From Octopus vulgaris (lineage: Eukaryota): DNA of 64,000 nt. Positions 14,350-26,362 of the stretch are shown one piece after another. The position numbers were made by a program, and so were the translations under genes. The notes beneath the pieces were generated by a model. That model searched no databases, had not been told where the DNA came from, and saw only the letters and a program-made list of their open reading frames with translations. Each line of letters begins with the position of its first letter. The first letter of the stretch is position 1. The DNA is taken from NCBI GenBank assembly GCA_951406725.2, contig OX597814.1, positions 35,526,001 to 35,590,000 of the forward strand, written 5' to 3'.

Positions 14350-15045
14350 CTCTGTGTATCTATCATATCAGTTTTTTTTCCTGCTCAGTAGATCTCACTT
14401 TTTCTTTCTTTTCTTAATATTTTGTTATCTTTAATGTGTAGTTCCTGATTCCTCTTTCTATCTTCCTTTCTCTACAATTTTTCCTATCCTTCCCTCTCTC
14501 TCCTTCACACACATTTTCCCTCTCTTTCTCCTAATATCCCATCTTCAACTCTCTCTCTCTACTTTGTACACTACTTCATTTCCATTTTATGTCTGCTATG
14601 ACTTCCACTTTTCTTTCTATTTTATTTATTTTCACAAATATTCTTTTTATTCCAGTGTTTTCCTTCTATGTCCCCCCCTCTCTCTCTCTCTTTCTGTTTC
14701 TTTTTCTGATATTAATAATTAGTTCTTTCCAATCTTGGTAACACAAACTTTAAAGAAATAATTGATTTTTCATCACGTTTTTTTTTTACTTCTCATCTAT
14801 TATATTTCAAATTTTGCCTCTTAGTTTAAATTATTATGGTAAATATTTTCTTTGTTATTCTTTTTGTTGTGGTATGAATGATTCTGTTGTTGGTGTAGGT
14901 TTTGTTGTTGTTATTATTGTAATAGTGATAGTAGTGTTTCTTAGTTTAAAAGGAGATTTATCTCTTATTTGCTTCTTTTATTTTGAGATTACTATCATTG
15001 TTATCATTGTTTATTATTGTTGTTTATCACTGATTTTATTGTTAC

Positions 15046-15109
<64 letters not shown>

Positions 15110-15236
15110 TAGCTAAAGATGTAACAGCCTAAACACTCAACATTCTTTACTTGAATAATTACTTCCCTTCCCCAAATTTTTTTGTACACACACACATTCA
15201 CACACACACACACACACATTCACACACACACACATT

Positions 15237-15272
<36 letters not shown>

Positions 15273-15320
15273 GTGTATATGTATGTCTGTGTTTGTGTGT
15301 GTATATATACATACACATAT
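15046..15320. repeat. (TTA)n, (CA)n and (TA)n microsatellites
   Basis: Direct reading. Confidence 0.9.
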
Positions 15321-16188
15321 ATCATTTACATTTCTACTGTATTGATTTCAGTGATAAACTCACTGATTACTTTAATGAATGCATTTCGGAGAGAAACTTT
15401 TGTTGTCGTTGTTGTTGTTATTGTTATTGTCTAAAGGGATCTAAGAATAGCATGGATTAAGTAGAGAAGCCTCTAGAATTTAGAAGAAAAGAAAAGAAAA
15501 AAAAAAACGACAAAACAAATGAATAACATAACCTGACCCAAGTACAAAAACAAAATAATATTAAAATGAAACTGAAAAAGATGAAGTGCAGAACAAAGGC
15601 TGAATCTAAATTACTTAACAACATCAATTATTTTGCTAATTGTTAATAGTTTGGTTGATATAGAAACTGGAAATTAGATGTTAAAATATCAATATTGAAA
15701 GACATTTGAAGATTAGTCGAGATTATTTTGTAATAGGAATTGAAAGACTGAAGAAAACAATGCTTTATTGACATTGCAGAAACTCCTTAGTAGCAAGGAA
15801 ACAACGGAATCTTACTAGCAGACAAAAATCTTAAATTAAATATTGTCTGGATTTTGTGTACTAGTAGTGGTAGTAGTAGTAGTAGTAGTAGTAGTAATAG
15901 AAGAAGGATGAGGATGAGGAGAAGTTGAAGAAGAAGATTTGAAGACACAAACAAATCTATAGGTAAATAATAATAAAAGAAATCTCTCTCTCCTTCCCTC
16001 TTTCTCTCTCCTTCCCTCTCTCTCTCTCTCCTTCCCTCTCTCTCTCCTTCCATCTCTCCCTCTCTCTCCCTCTAGTTACTCATGATTGCCGACTGCTTCT
16101 ATTTACGATGTAACTGAAGTATTATGTTTGTGAGTTAATCCGATGTATCTTCTTATCTCAGAAAGCTAATACATTCTATTTCCTGCAG

Positions 16189-16271
16189 GTTTTGACAAAG
16201 ACAGATCAGGATATGTTTGTTTACATCACAACTATGAATTAATAATGAATTTCGAAGATCTTGCTTCCTAG
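16189..16271 (+). other. Candidate exon start with EF-hand-loop-like peptide
   Basis: GCTAATACATTCTATTTCCTGCAG acceptor; phase-1 frame xFDKDRSGYVCLHHNYELIMNFEDLAS*. Confidence 0.3.
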
Positions 16272-17106
16272 ATGTAAAATCAATCATGCTCCATATTTTT
16301 GAAATAATAATAATTTTTATCATACACATACCCCAAAATATTTACTGGGGCTAACTTCCCCTCACCCACACAACACTATACTCGACTTGTGCTTCAATTT
16401 ATCAGCCCTAAAAGAATAGAAAGATAAAAAAACGAAATTAAATAAACTTTGGTGTGATTTGAACTCAGATAATACAAAGATATTGATTGCTAATTACCAT
16501 ATGATATTTTCTCTGTCTTTCTACTAGTTTTGCCAAACTATTGAAGAGATGGGGTTTTTTGATACCATCAAAAGTTATACTTGACTGGTACTTCATTTTA
16601 TCAACCCTGAAAGGATGAAAGATTTGATCTTGGCAGAAACTGAAGTTAGAATGTAAAGAGCATAAACAAATATTGCAAAGTATTTTTCTTGACACTCTAA
16701 CAATTTTACTCACTAACCAGCTTGGCTACTGTATATATAAACACATTTATTCCTGTACAGAGGCAATAAAATTGACTGTTCCTCCACTGTTAAAACGATT
16801 GTGGTCAAGTGTCTAAAAAGGCAACATATTTGACTGTTGGCAGTGCTTGAGAAAACATACCAAGTTAAGTAAAAGTGTGGTTGTCCTTGCATACAGGCTT
16901 ATTCCCAGTATCCCTCTCAAGCTGAGCATTCCTAATCTTGCAAGCTCATTGGCGCTGGTGCCACGTAAAAAGCATGCATACTGGTGTCACATAAATGCAC
17001 CCATGCCAGTAAAAGCATCCAGTGAACTCTGTAAAGTGGTTGGCATTAAGAAGGGCATCTAGACATAGAAACCATGTCAAACTGTCTGACTCCATTTCTT
17101 AATTTA

Positions 17107-17141
<35 letters not shown>

Positions 17142-17239
17142 GGGTGTGTGGGTGTGAAAACATGCACACACATATGTCTACACACACTCACATATATATG
17201 CATGCATACATACATGTATATATATAATGGGTAAATGAG

Positions 17240-17750
17240 TAAAGGAAGGAGGGTATTTTTGAAGAAACATGCATTTTTGCATGCTGAACTTAGGTGAACT
17301 CCTCAAAACATGCACCACCAGTACAGTGAATGGAGGAAGCTTCATCTGCAGTATCTGCAAAAGTGCATGTATATCAAGTACTGGGCTCATCAGTTACCAG
17401 CGGAGCCACATGTGTAAAGTATAATTTTGTCTGAATACATAGTGTTGTTTGGTGTTTTTATGCATTTTACCATGAGAGAATTTTTCTCCATGTAAACATG
17501 CAGCGAATTTGCCTTAAGAAGTTAAAATACATCATAAACACATTTTAACTAATTCTCTGAATGGAAACCTTATCTGTCATTGTGGTTTTGTGACATAAAG
17601 CAAAGCAGGCCTTGCTGTCCACTCAAGAAAACACATAGTAAATGATCCACAAGTACTCAAGGAAACGGAATCCTCAATTTGCTTCATTTCACCAAAGGTT
17701 TGCAAGGCACCAGCAGGCCTCAAGAGACACATTCATGTCCACAGAACATG
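17240..17750 (+). mobile_element. RTE/BovB-like LINE C-terminal zinc-finger relics
   Basis: FICSICKSACISSTGLISYQRSH; also ICHCGFV..KAGLAVHSRKH and KVCKAPAGLKRHIHVH. Confidence 0.6.
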
Positions 17751-17826
17751 ATTAATGTTTTATTTTACAGAACTCTCATTTGTCATTCATGACAAGAGAA
17801 TCCATCACACACACACACACACACAC

Positions 17827-19037
17827 GCAAAAGTAAGCAACGTTTTGAAACATGAAATTCATCACAATATATTTCAACAATGTGGAAATTTTAATCTTCA
17901 AAGTAAGTACCATTAAAATCAATACATTTTTGCCAACGATTTACAAGTTTGTTTATTCCGGTAACATAAAAATCTGGTGTTCTGGAGCTGATGAACTCTT
18001 TGAACACACTTTCAGCATCGGTTTGGTTTTTGAACTCCTTCTCTCACAGGAGACCATCAAGGTACTTGAAAAAGTGACAGCTAGTAGGAAAAAGGTATGG
18101 GAAATAAGCTGGTTGAGGAAAAACTTTGTAGCCAAGTTCCCTCAACTTCTGGAGCGTCATTAGTGAAACATGTAGACAAGGATTGTCATGAAGAATGATT
18201 GGCCTGCTTCTGTTGACAGTCTGGGATGGAGAGTAGCAGTTTTTCATTCAATTTGGTAATTTCATGGCAACATGTTTCTACAGTAATGGTTTTTTCTGGG
18301 TTTTAAGAAATTATAGCAGATGATTCCAGCAGTACCCCACCAAACAGTTACCATAATCTTCTTTTGAAGAGCTTGAGTATAGGGAAAGTTTTTGGTGCTT
18401 CATTTTGAAGATTGTTTTTTATTATTGTAGAGAATCCACTTTGCATTGCAAGTTACAATTTGGTTGTGAAATGTTATGGAGAAGTGACAAGCAATTTTCA
18501 TATTTGCACATTTTCTGATTTTCATTCACATTGTGTGTGTTTGATTGTCTGATCTCATGCAAATGGTTTCAAGCACTTTCCGGGCTAACTTGAAGTTCTT
18601 TTGCCAGTTCTCAAGTGGTTTTACATGGATCTTCCTCAATGACGGTCTTTAATTGACCACCGTCGATGACAGATAGACGTCCACTATGCTCACAATATTC
18701 AAGGCTGAGGTCTCCACTGTGAAATTGTTTAAACCATTTTTGAGCTGATCACTTCACTAAACGTTTTGTTGATATTGTTAACAGTTTCAGCTGCTTTACA
18801 TCCTTTTTTGAAGTTGAAAAGCAAAATTGCTTGATTAGTGTGCTTTGACAGTTCCATTTCAGATGATTGTAAGAACAGTGAAAAAATATCAATGTTAATT
18901 TATTGATGCATTTGGGCAAGTCTATGTATTATCAGACAATTGCAAAAAAATATCTAAAAATAGTTCAAAACTCAGCAAAAATTTGGTACAAATTCTTCCT
19001 GGTTCAAAATATTGCTTACTTTTGCTCAACCTGAAAT
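17827..19037 (-). mobile_element. Decayed mariner (DD34D) transposon with TIRs
   Basis: PIILHDN...LQKLRELGYKVFPQPAYFPYLFPTSCHFF, with 34 residues after the second D. TIR GCAAAAGTAAGCAAYRTTTTGAA at 17827 and inverted at ~19003-19025. Confidence 0.85.
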
Positions 19038-19041
19038 ACAT

Positions 19042-19095
<54 letters not shown>

Positions 19096-19178
19096 ATATA
19101 TATGTGTATATATATATATATATATATGTATATATTATATATATATATATGTGTGTGTGTGTGTATATATATATACGA

Positions 19179-19440
19179 GTGGTGGTGTGGTAAGTAGCTT
19201 GCTTACCAACTACATGGTTCTGGGTTCATTCCCACTGCGTGGCACCTTGGGCAAGTGACTTCTACTATAGCCATGGGCTGACCAAAGCCTTGTGAGTAGA
19301 TTTGGTAGATGGAAACTGAAAGAAGCCCATCGTATATATGTATGTGTTTGTGTATATGTTTGTGTATCTGTGTTTGTCCCCACAACATCACTTGACAACC
19401 GATGCTGGTGTGTTTACATCCCGGTAACCTAGCTGTTCTG
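19179..19440 (+). mobile_element. Family B SINE, 5' part
   Basis: GTGTGGTAAGTAGCTTGCTTACCAAC...GGTTCATTCCCACTGCGTGGCACCTTGGGCAAG. Confidence 0.8.
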
Positions 19441-21160
19441 AAATACAGACTGATAGACTAGTGAGCTTAAAGAAAAATTGTATATAATAAGTAGAATAAG
19501 ATGTTGTGCGTAAGAGAAAAGCCTGCATGACTGTGGGCATGTGCTGCATAAAGATGACAACTTCATGAAGAATTTAATCTCAGATTGAATGAAACCTGTG
19601 GAAAAGTAAGACTATGCTGGTTGGCAATTCACAATGTTGGAAAGGCTTCAACCACAGCAGAACTCTCCAGTAGTTCAAGCATGGTGAAATGAAAGTGACA
19701 AGACTGATAATAGTGGTGAATACATTGAGAAATGAGGCATCATCATCATCATCATTATCATCATCTTCATCTTCATCCTCACCACCACCACCACCACTTA
19801 ATGTCTGTTTTGGAAGCTAGCATGGGTTGAATGGCTTGACAGGAACTGGTAAGGCCAGGGGCCACTCTAGGTTTCGTTGTCTGCTTTGGTTTGATATCTA
19901 TGGTTGAATGCTCTTTCTAATGCCAACCACTTTAGAGTGTCCTGGGTGCTTTTTATATGGCACCATCATAGGTGCTTTTTAAGTGGCACCTTTAGTCTTG
20001 TCTTTCCCAGGACACAACAGTATCTCTAGTGCTGGTATCATTATAAACTGCATTATATAATCTCTGTAAAGTGATTGTTAATAAGAAGGGCATTCAGCTA
20101 GAGCAAACTTGCCGAAGCGAAATGTTCAAGAAAGACTTGCTTTTCCAACCCTTTTGGGGAACAGTAACTCCTGTTAAGAACTGGTTTAGACCTTGATGAC
20201 TGGTTCAGCCTATGCAAGCTTAGAAAGCAGATGTTGATGTGGGCACCACAGAAAGACACCGAGTACACTCTGAAGAGCAATAATCATTACAAAGTGCACC
20301 CATCCATAGAAACCAAGTGATACAGTTCTGGATGTGATACTTTGTGATATCCATACGTGCGCTTTGCATTCTGATATTCTTTTCTACTCTAGGCACAAGG
20401 CCCGAAATTTTTGGGGAGGGGGCCAGTCGATTAGATCAACTCCAGTACGAAACTGCATGCTCGTGTGTGTGTCTGGGTTTGGGGTCAGTTTTTTATTTTT
20501 TAATTTTTTTTTATTTAACGTTTCAGCTCAGAGCTTCGGCTATGCTGATGCACTGCTGTTATGTACATTTTGTATAAAATGTTTGCTGAAAATAATACTA
20601 TGGTAATTATCTTACAAAAAGACACAAACACTAAATTTGCTGAGTATGTGATGTCATTTCAATTCTCTTGTTGAAAGTTATAAAATTCCCTACAATGAGC
20701 ACTAGCACTGCCAAATGCGTGCAAATCACAGTCTAATTGCCAAACCTTATAAAATGACTGACATTGAGTCTAAGCTTAAAATTAGTTATAATTGCAACCT
20801 AATTTGAAATACAAAAAAATTATCATTAATTATTGAAATTATTGAGACACTGAAGTATGTCTCAAGGGGACGAAAATATTTTACCCAATTTAGTTTTATA
20901 CCTCTTAATTTATAGCTTAAACTTTACCAATTTCATCTCCCTGGAGTTTATAATACAAAGTGGTATTGATTCATTTAACTCTTCCTATTGAATTGTCTTT
21001 GTGTTTAAGAAATAAATTAGCATTTTATTAAGTATGACAGAATGGCAGTGTACTTTATTACATCTAGTTTTAATTCTTTATTTTCTGAATTCTAAAACAA
21101 CCAGACCTGATTTTTCTTGTATCCTTCAAGAGATGATAAAATAAAGGACATACATACACG

Positions 21161-21435
21161 CAGTTCTATATTTAAGAGATGAGGAATTATGTACATTATT
21201 TTTATTATTTACATTCGACGGATATTTGTCCTCATCTTGTTTGTTGTTAACACAACGTTTCGGCTGATATACCCTCCAGCCTTCTTCAGGTGTCTTGGGG
21301 AAATTTCGAACCTGGGTTCTCATTCCTAAGGTATTCTTCGATGTTATTATTATTATTGTTCTGGTCACTGCTTGGAAGCGAACTCGGAATCTTGGGTTTA
21401 GTAGCCCACACTCTTAACCACTACACCATATGCCC
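21161..21435 (-). mobile_element. tRNA-headed SINE-like element with a Penelope-type 3' part
   Basis: Minus strand: TGGTGTAGTGG (A box)...GAGTTCGCTTCC (B-box-like), (AAT)n spacer, then an HHR-bearing segment that is also found at 32785-33000. Confidence 0.7.
21249..21294 (-). ncRNA. Minimal type-I hammerhead ribozyme motif (PLE-type)
   Basis: GACAC CUGAAGA A GGCUG-GAGGGUAUAU-CAGCC GAAA CG UU GUGUU: intact core, stems I and II, palindromic AACGUU stem III. Confidence 0.75.
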
Positions 21436-21789
21436 GTGGGCACATGCACGCATGCACACATGCATGCACTCACACATATGTATATATGTCCTTCATTTTA
21501 TGATTTCTAGAAAGGTACAAGAAAAGTCAGCTCTGGCTGTTATAGTTATATATATATTCTAATTTATAAACTTTGTGATTTGATCAAGCAGTTAGAGTTT
21601 TGGGTAGAAGGCTGTTCAGAAATTGTTCTGACTTGCTACATTCTTCTAAGTTCAAATCTCACTAAGGTCAACTTTGCTTTTCATTCTTTTAGTGTTCATA
21701 AAACTTTCCAGCCCCAGGGTGGTAAACTGGCAGCACTGTTACTGTTCTGGATGTGATGTTTTGTGATATCTGTACCTTTGAATTCTGAT

Positions 21790-22001
21790 ATTCTTTTTTA
21801 CTCTAGGCACAAGGCCTGAAATTTTGGGGGAGGGGGCCAGTCGATTACATCAGCTCCAGTACGAAATGGTACTTAATTTATTGACCCCAAAAGGATGAAA
21901 AGCAAAGTTGACCTTGGCAGAATTTGAACTCAAAACGCAAAGATAGATGGAATACTGCTAAGCATTTCACCCAGCATGTTAATGTTTCTGCCAGCTCACT
22001 G
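21790..22001 (-). mobile_element. Family C SINE variant (CTACTCTAGGCACAAGG tail)
   Basis: GACCCCAAAAGGATGAAAAGCAAAGTTGACCTTGGCAGAATTTGAACTC; flanking ATTCTGATATT duplication. Confidence 0.8.
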
Positions 22002-22023
22002 TCTTCTTTGCATTCTGATATTA

Positions 22024-22408
22024 TGGAAGCACTCCGTCGGTTACGACGATGAGGGTTCCAGTTGATCCGAATCAACGGAACAGCCTGCTCGTGAAATTAA
22101 CGTGTAAGTGGCTGAGCACTCCACAGACACGTGCACCCTTAATGTAATTCTCGGGGATATTCAGCGTGACACAGAGAGTGACAAGGCCGGCCTCTTAAAA
22201 TACAGGTACAACAGAAACAGGAAGTAAGAGTGAGAGAAAGTTGTGGTGAAAGAGTACAGCAGGGATCACCACCATCCCCTGCTGGAGCCTCATGGAGCTT
22301 TTAGGTGTTTTCGCTCAATAAACACTCACAACGCCCGGTCTGGGAATCAAAACCGCGATCCTATGACCGCTAGTCTGCTGCCCTAACCACTGGGCCATTG
22401 CGCCTCCA
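22024..22408 (-). mobile_element. tRNA-derived SINE (family D) with 13-bp TSD
   Basis: Head GGAGGCGCAATGGCCCAGTGGTTAGGGCAGC...GGTTTTGATTCCC; TSD CATTCTGATATTA at 22011-22023 and 22409-22421. Confidence 0.85.
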
Positions 22409-23495
22409 CATTCTGATATTAACACCTACAATGACACTAGTTCCAAGCTGCAATGGCTTTTCAGAAATACCTTTTCTTTGGACAACTGGCAGTATGGAAA
22501 ACGATAACTTGCCTGCATAGGCAACTAACTGCTAGTCTTCCAGAAATAATAAAAAGAAAAATCTAGTTCATGCCTACACTTTCAGCTATGTAAGATCAAC
22601 TCTGTATGGCTAGAGCTCTAGAATAAAAAGTTTGTGATGCTATAATGTTTTTTCCTTGTAGCTGTTAACTTATGCTTGTTGAAGATGAACCTCAACCATA
22701 ACAGACTTAATCTTAGAAGCAGATCAACAGAGTTTTTAAAGGAGTTGGATTAAATGCTTCGTGGTACTTGTTTCACCTCTCTCCATTGTAAATTCAAACT
22801 CTGGCATGTTCAGTTTTGTATTTCATCCTTACAGAGTTAATAAAAAATATCCCAACTTTGGGGTGGTGGATTGGCAAAATTGCTTGAGTGTAGGATGAGA
22901 TACCACATGGTGTCTATTCCAGCCTTTTGCATGCTGATTGCAGTGTTCTACAACAACATTAACCTTAAACAGTAACTATTCCCTTTGACAGCATCAGCAA
23001 TGGTGGTAGAAGAATCTTACAGCATGGGCAACTGCCAGTCTTCCACACATAAAGAAAAAAAAATTCCAGCTTATGCACAGACACAGATAAATAGCCATTC
23101 TAAACCAATGGGGGGGCCCTCAATTCTTGGAGGAACTACAAAGATATGAACATAAACCTTCCTCCTTACAATATAATTAAAAAAGAAAATAAAATCATTT
23201 GGCTCTTATTTTCTTATATGGGCGCAAAATTGTGTTACATTGATGCTTCTTTACAATGCAATCATATCAATATTAGACAAGGATTAAGGAGGCAAGTGTG
23301 TAGAATTATTAGCATGCTGGAGAAAATGCTTAGCGGCATTTCATTGACATTGCCTTTCATTCTTTTGGGGTCACTAAAATATGTAGCGGTTTATCACTGG
23401 GGTCAATATAATCAACTAGCCCCTCCCTCAAAATTGCTGGCCTCGTGCCAAAACTTGAAGCCAATATTAGCTAAGCATTAAATTAAGTGTGACAA

Positions 23496-23638
23496 GTGGT
23501 TGGCGTTAGGAAAGGCATCCAGCTGTAGAAACACTGCCAGATCTGACTGGCCTGGTGCAGCCTTCGGGCTCCCCAGACCCCAGTTGAACCGTCCAACCCA
23601 TGCTAGCATGGAAAGTGGACGTTAAACGATGATGATGA
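23496..23638 (+). mobile_element. Family A RTE-tail fragment
   Basis: GTGGTTGGCGTTAGG...GCATGGAAAGTGGACGTTAAACGATGATG. Confidence 0.85.
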
Positions 23639-24030
23639 AGGGGAATTCACTCTGAATTACATTTAAATGATATAAGATTGCCCGCATGCCAATTATTCAC
23701 TGTGATACACTACCTCCATTTAATCTTACTTAAATTGTGAACACAGCTCCAATAACAGATAGGGTCAACATCCATTAACAAGGCTGCAAAAGCAACGAAA
23801 ATTTTGGAAGAAAAAGTATAAATAGTAAATGAGTAGAAATCGAACTGGTGAATGTGTTAGATAATAAGGCATTAAGACATTATTAGTCTCTCCAGAAACA
23901 ACATAAATTATATGATTTTATCTACATACTTACCTAAAAAACAAAATATGTCAATGAGGGATTCTGTACAGGTTGCTTGATCTGCAAGACACTTCTGTCT
24001 TTTATGAAAGGAAGGGTGCATTGTATAATA

Positions 24031-24557
24031 TCTCTCTCTATATATATAAAGCTGAAGTTGTCTGTGGTGGTAGAAGCAATGATGGTAGAAGAATCTTACA
24101 GCATGGGCAACTGCCAGTCTTCCACAAATAAAGAAAAAAAAATTCCAGCTTATGCACAGACACAGATAAATAGCCATTCTAAACCAATTCAATTCTTGAA
24201 GGAACTACAAAGATATGAACATAAACCTTCCCCCTGGTTTGGTAGCCTTCAACTAACACTATCTCCTCTGAGACCCTGCAGCACAAGATGACCAAAATTA
24301 AGAGTATGATAGAAGAAGGTTTGCTCTTCCTTCCGTAGAAGAAAAAATTCAAATCAGACCATGTTAACACCAAAAATTATTTACATCAAAAAGGTGCTTC
24401 TTTTCTATGAAAATCCCTGTTTTTTACGATATTTTGACTGCTGTGTCGCCATTTTTAGGTGTATTTCAACCAGAAAAATGTTCACTTAAAGAGAATAGCA
24501 AGCTACATAATGCAAAATTTTTACTTTTCAAAAATTCCAATTCTAAAGTACTGCTAG
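24031..24557 (+). mobile_element. Non-autonomous Helitron with a ~170-bp insertion and deleted 3' hairpin
   Basis: Matches 51267-51660 apart from the insert at 24067-24235; TC start, CTAG|T end. Confidence 0.85.
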
Positions 24558-25699
24558 TACTATGCTAAAATTAAGATATAGAAGTTATGGCTGGAATACC
24601 TTTCACTATATCTCTGCTCAGTCAGAGCTACATTTTTGTCACTGCTGCCACCACCACCACCATCACTACCACCACCACATCGTCTACAACAACATTTATT
24701 TGGGACAATTAACCTAAAATTTAGAGTATAGGTTTTCAGTATTTACATTTACAATATGATTCGATTATTTGATTTCTGTTTATCATTACTTTCCTTATTT
24801 TCAAATAAATATGTTTATTGATTTTGGCTTTATTTCAAAACTAGTCCAAATCACCAGCATTGTCCAGATTCATGGAACTGGCATTAACAGTGTTATGTAA
24901 TTTAGTTCCTGAACAAATGAAAGCCAAAGTATGAGACAAAGTAACTGCATAACTTTTTTGTATGTTAGAAAATTTCTTTGGATTTGTGTCTTAAATACTT
25001 TTAAGATTTTGCCAAAAAAGGAAAAGAAAAATCCACATATTCAATATGTTGAATCCCATTTTCCCATTTAACCACAAAATGAAATTGTAACCCTAGAATC
25101 TAACACATAATGCTACCCTAAAAGACTAATTTAATGACAGTCCTGAAACTCTGTTTTGTTCTTAGAATCATAATCTTTTGTGTTCAAAACAGAATTCTGA
25201 AAAAATTCTTTCCAAGGGAATAATAAAAAAATGAAACTATTACAGCCAGTTTCATGCTTCTCAGAGAGAAGAGGGTGAATGAAAAGATTCAAAATTTCGA
25301 AAAAAAAAAAAAATTTTTTTTGCAGAATATCATAATCTCTAATGCTTGAAAATCTAGAAATCCCAAAAAAATTTTGGAAATTAAATATAAAAAATATATG
25401 AATAAAGACTATAGAAGGTACTGGGTCCAACACTCACTAAAATAGTTTGCAGTTTTGCTGATATTGAAAACAGTTCTTGCAGACAGAATTTCATTACAAT
25501 GCAGCTGTTGATTCTCTACAATGCTATTCTGATGGGTATTTTAGTTAGTATATGCATGTGTGTGTGTTTGTGTGTATGTTTGGGTGTATGTGTTTATGTG
25601 TATGTTTGGGTGTATATGTTTGTGTGTGCTTGCGTGTATGTGTTTGAGTGCGTGGGTATATGTGTGTGAAAGAGAGGGAGAGAAAAAAAAGAGAGACAG

Positions 25700-25749
<50 letters not shown>

Positions 25750-25952
25750 AGATAAAGAAAAGTCCTGATGCAAGCACAATAGGCTTCATATTATTCTATG
25801 GGACAGAAAACATAAATCATGTCCTATTGTAGATGTCAGTTGCCTGCTGGATGTGAATGCTTCATCTAAAATTGGAGACAAGGAGAATATCTATTGAGAA
25901 CCAATGAGAATCTTACAGGTCATACATCCAGGTTATAGACTTTTGCTTGTAC

Positions 25953-26012
25953 CTTCCGTCACAGGAGCACTTTGCTGTCTAATAACAGATTTACATATAT
26001 GCCTGGAATAAG
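25953..26012 (-). other. Candidate 60-nt symmetric phase-1 exon
   Basis: TTTGTTATTTCTTGCCCAG acceptor, AAG|GTACAA donor, open frame xYSRHICKSVIRQQSAPVTEx. Confidence 0.25.
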
Positions 26013-26362
26013 CTGGGCAAGAAATAACAAAGCAAACTGATTCAAATCCTCCAAATAAAAATTGATTAGTGGTGCAGTGATAATATGTAACACATTCAGG
26101 AAGTTATCCATCTGAGATTCCTGGATTGAATATATGCATACATTCACATGTGTATATAGCATATACACATATACAAGCAGTAATGAAACACTCACATGTG
26201 TGTACTAAAGTGACACACAAACCCATTACAGGAACACAAGATTATCCACACATGCTGCTACATATATGCACACAAATTAATTCATTTACAAATCCCAAGA
26301 TCTTCCTACACTGAACCAAAAGTGCCTTGAATGTTCTTTTCTACTCTAGGCACAAAGCCCGA

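Noticed and set aside
15352-15460. Cys-string peptide CCRCCCYCYC after a TTTCAG
   Set aside because: The cysteines derive from a (TGT)n microsatellite.
22335-22408. tRNA genes at SINE heads (also 21360-21435, 51882-51955)
   Set aside because: No complete cloverleaf or acceptor stem; each continues into a repeat body.
25953-26003. PDZ-like GIYVKSVI...DGR reading
   Set aside because: Needs two frameshifts, and the middle residues do not fit the motif.
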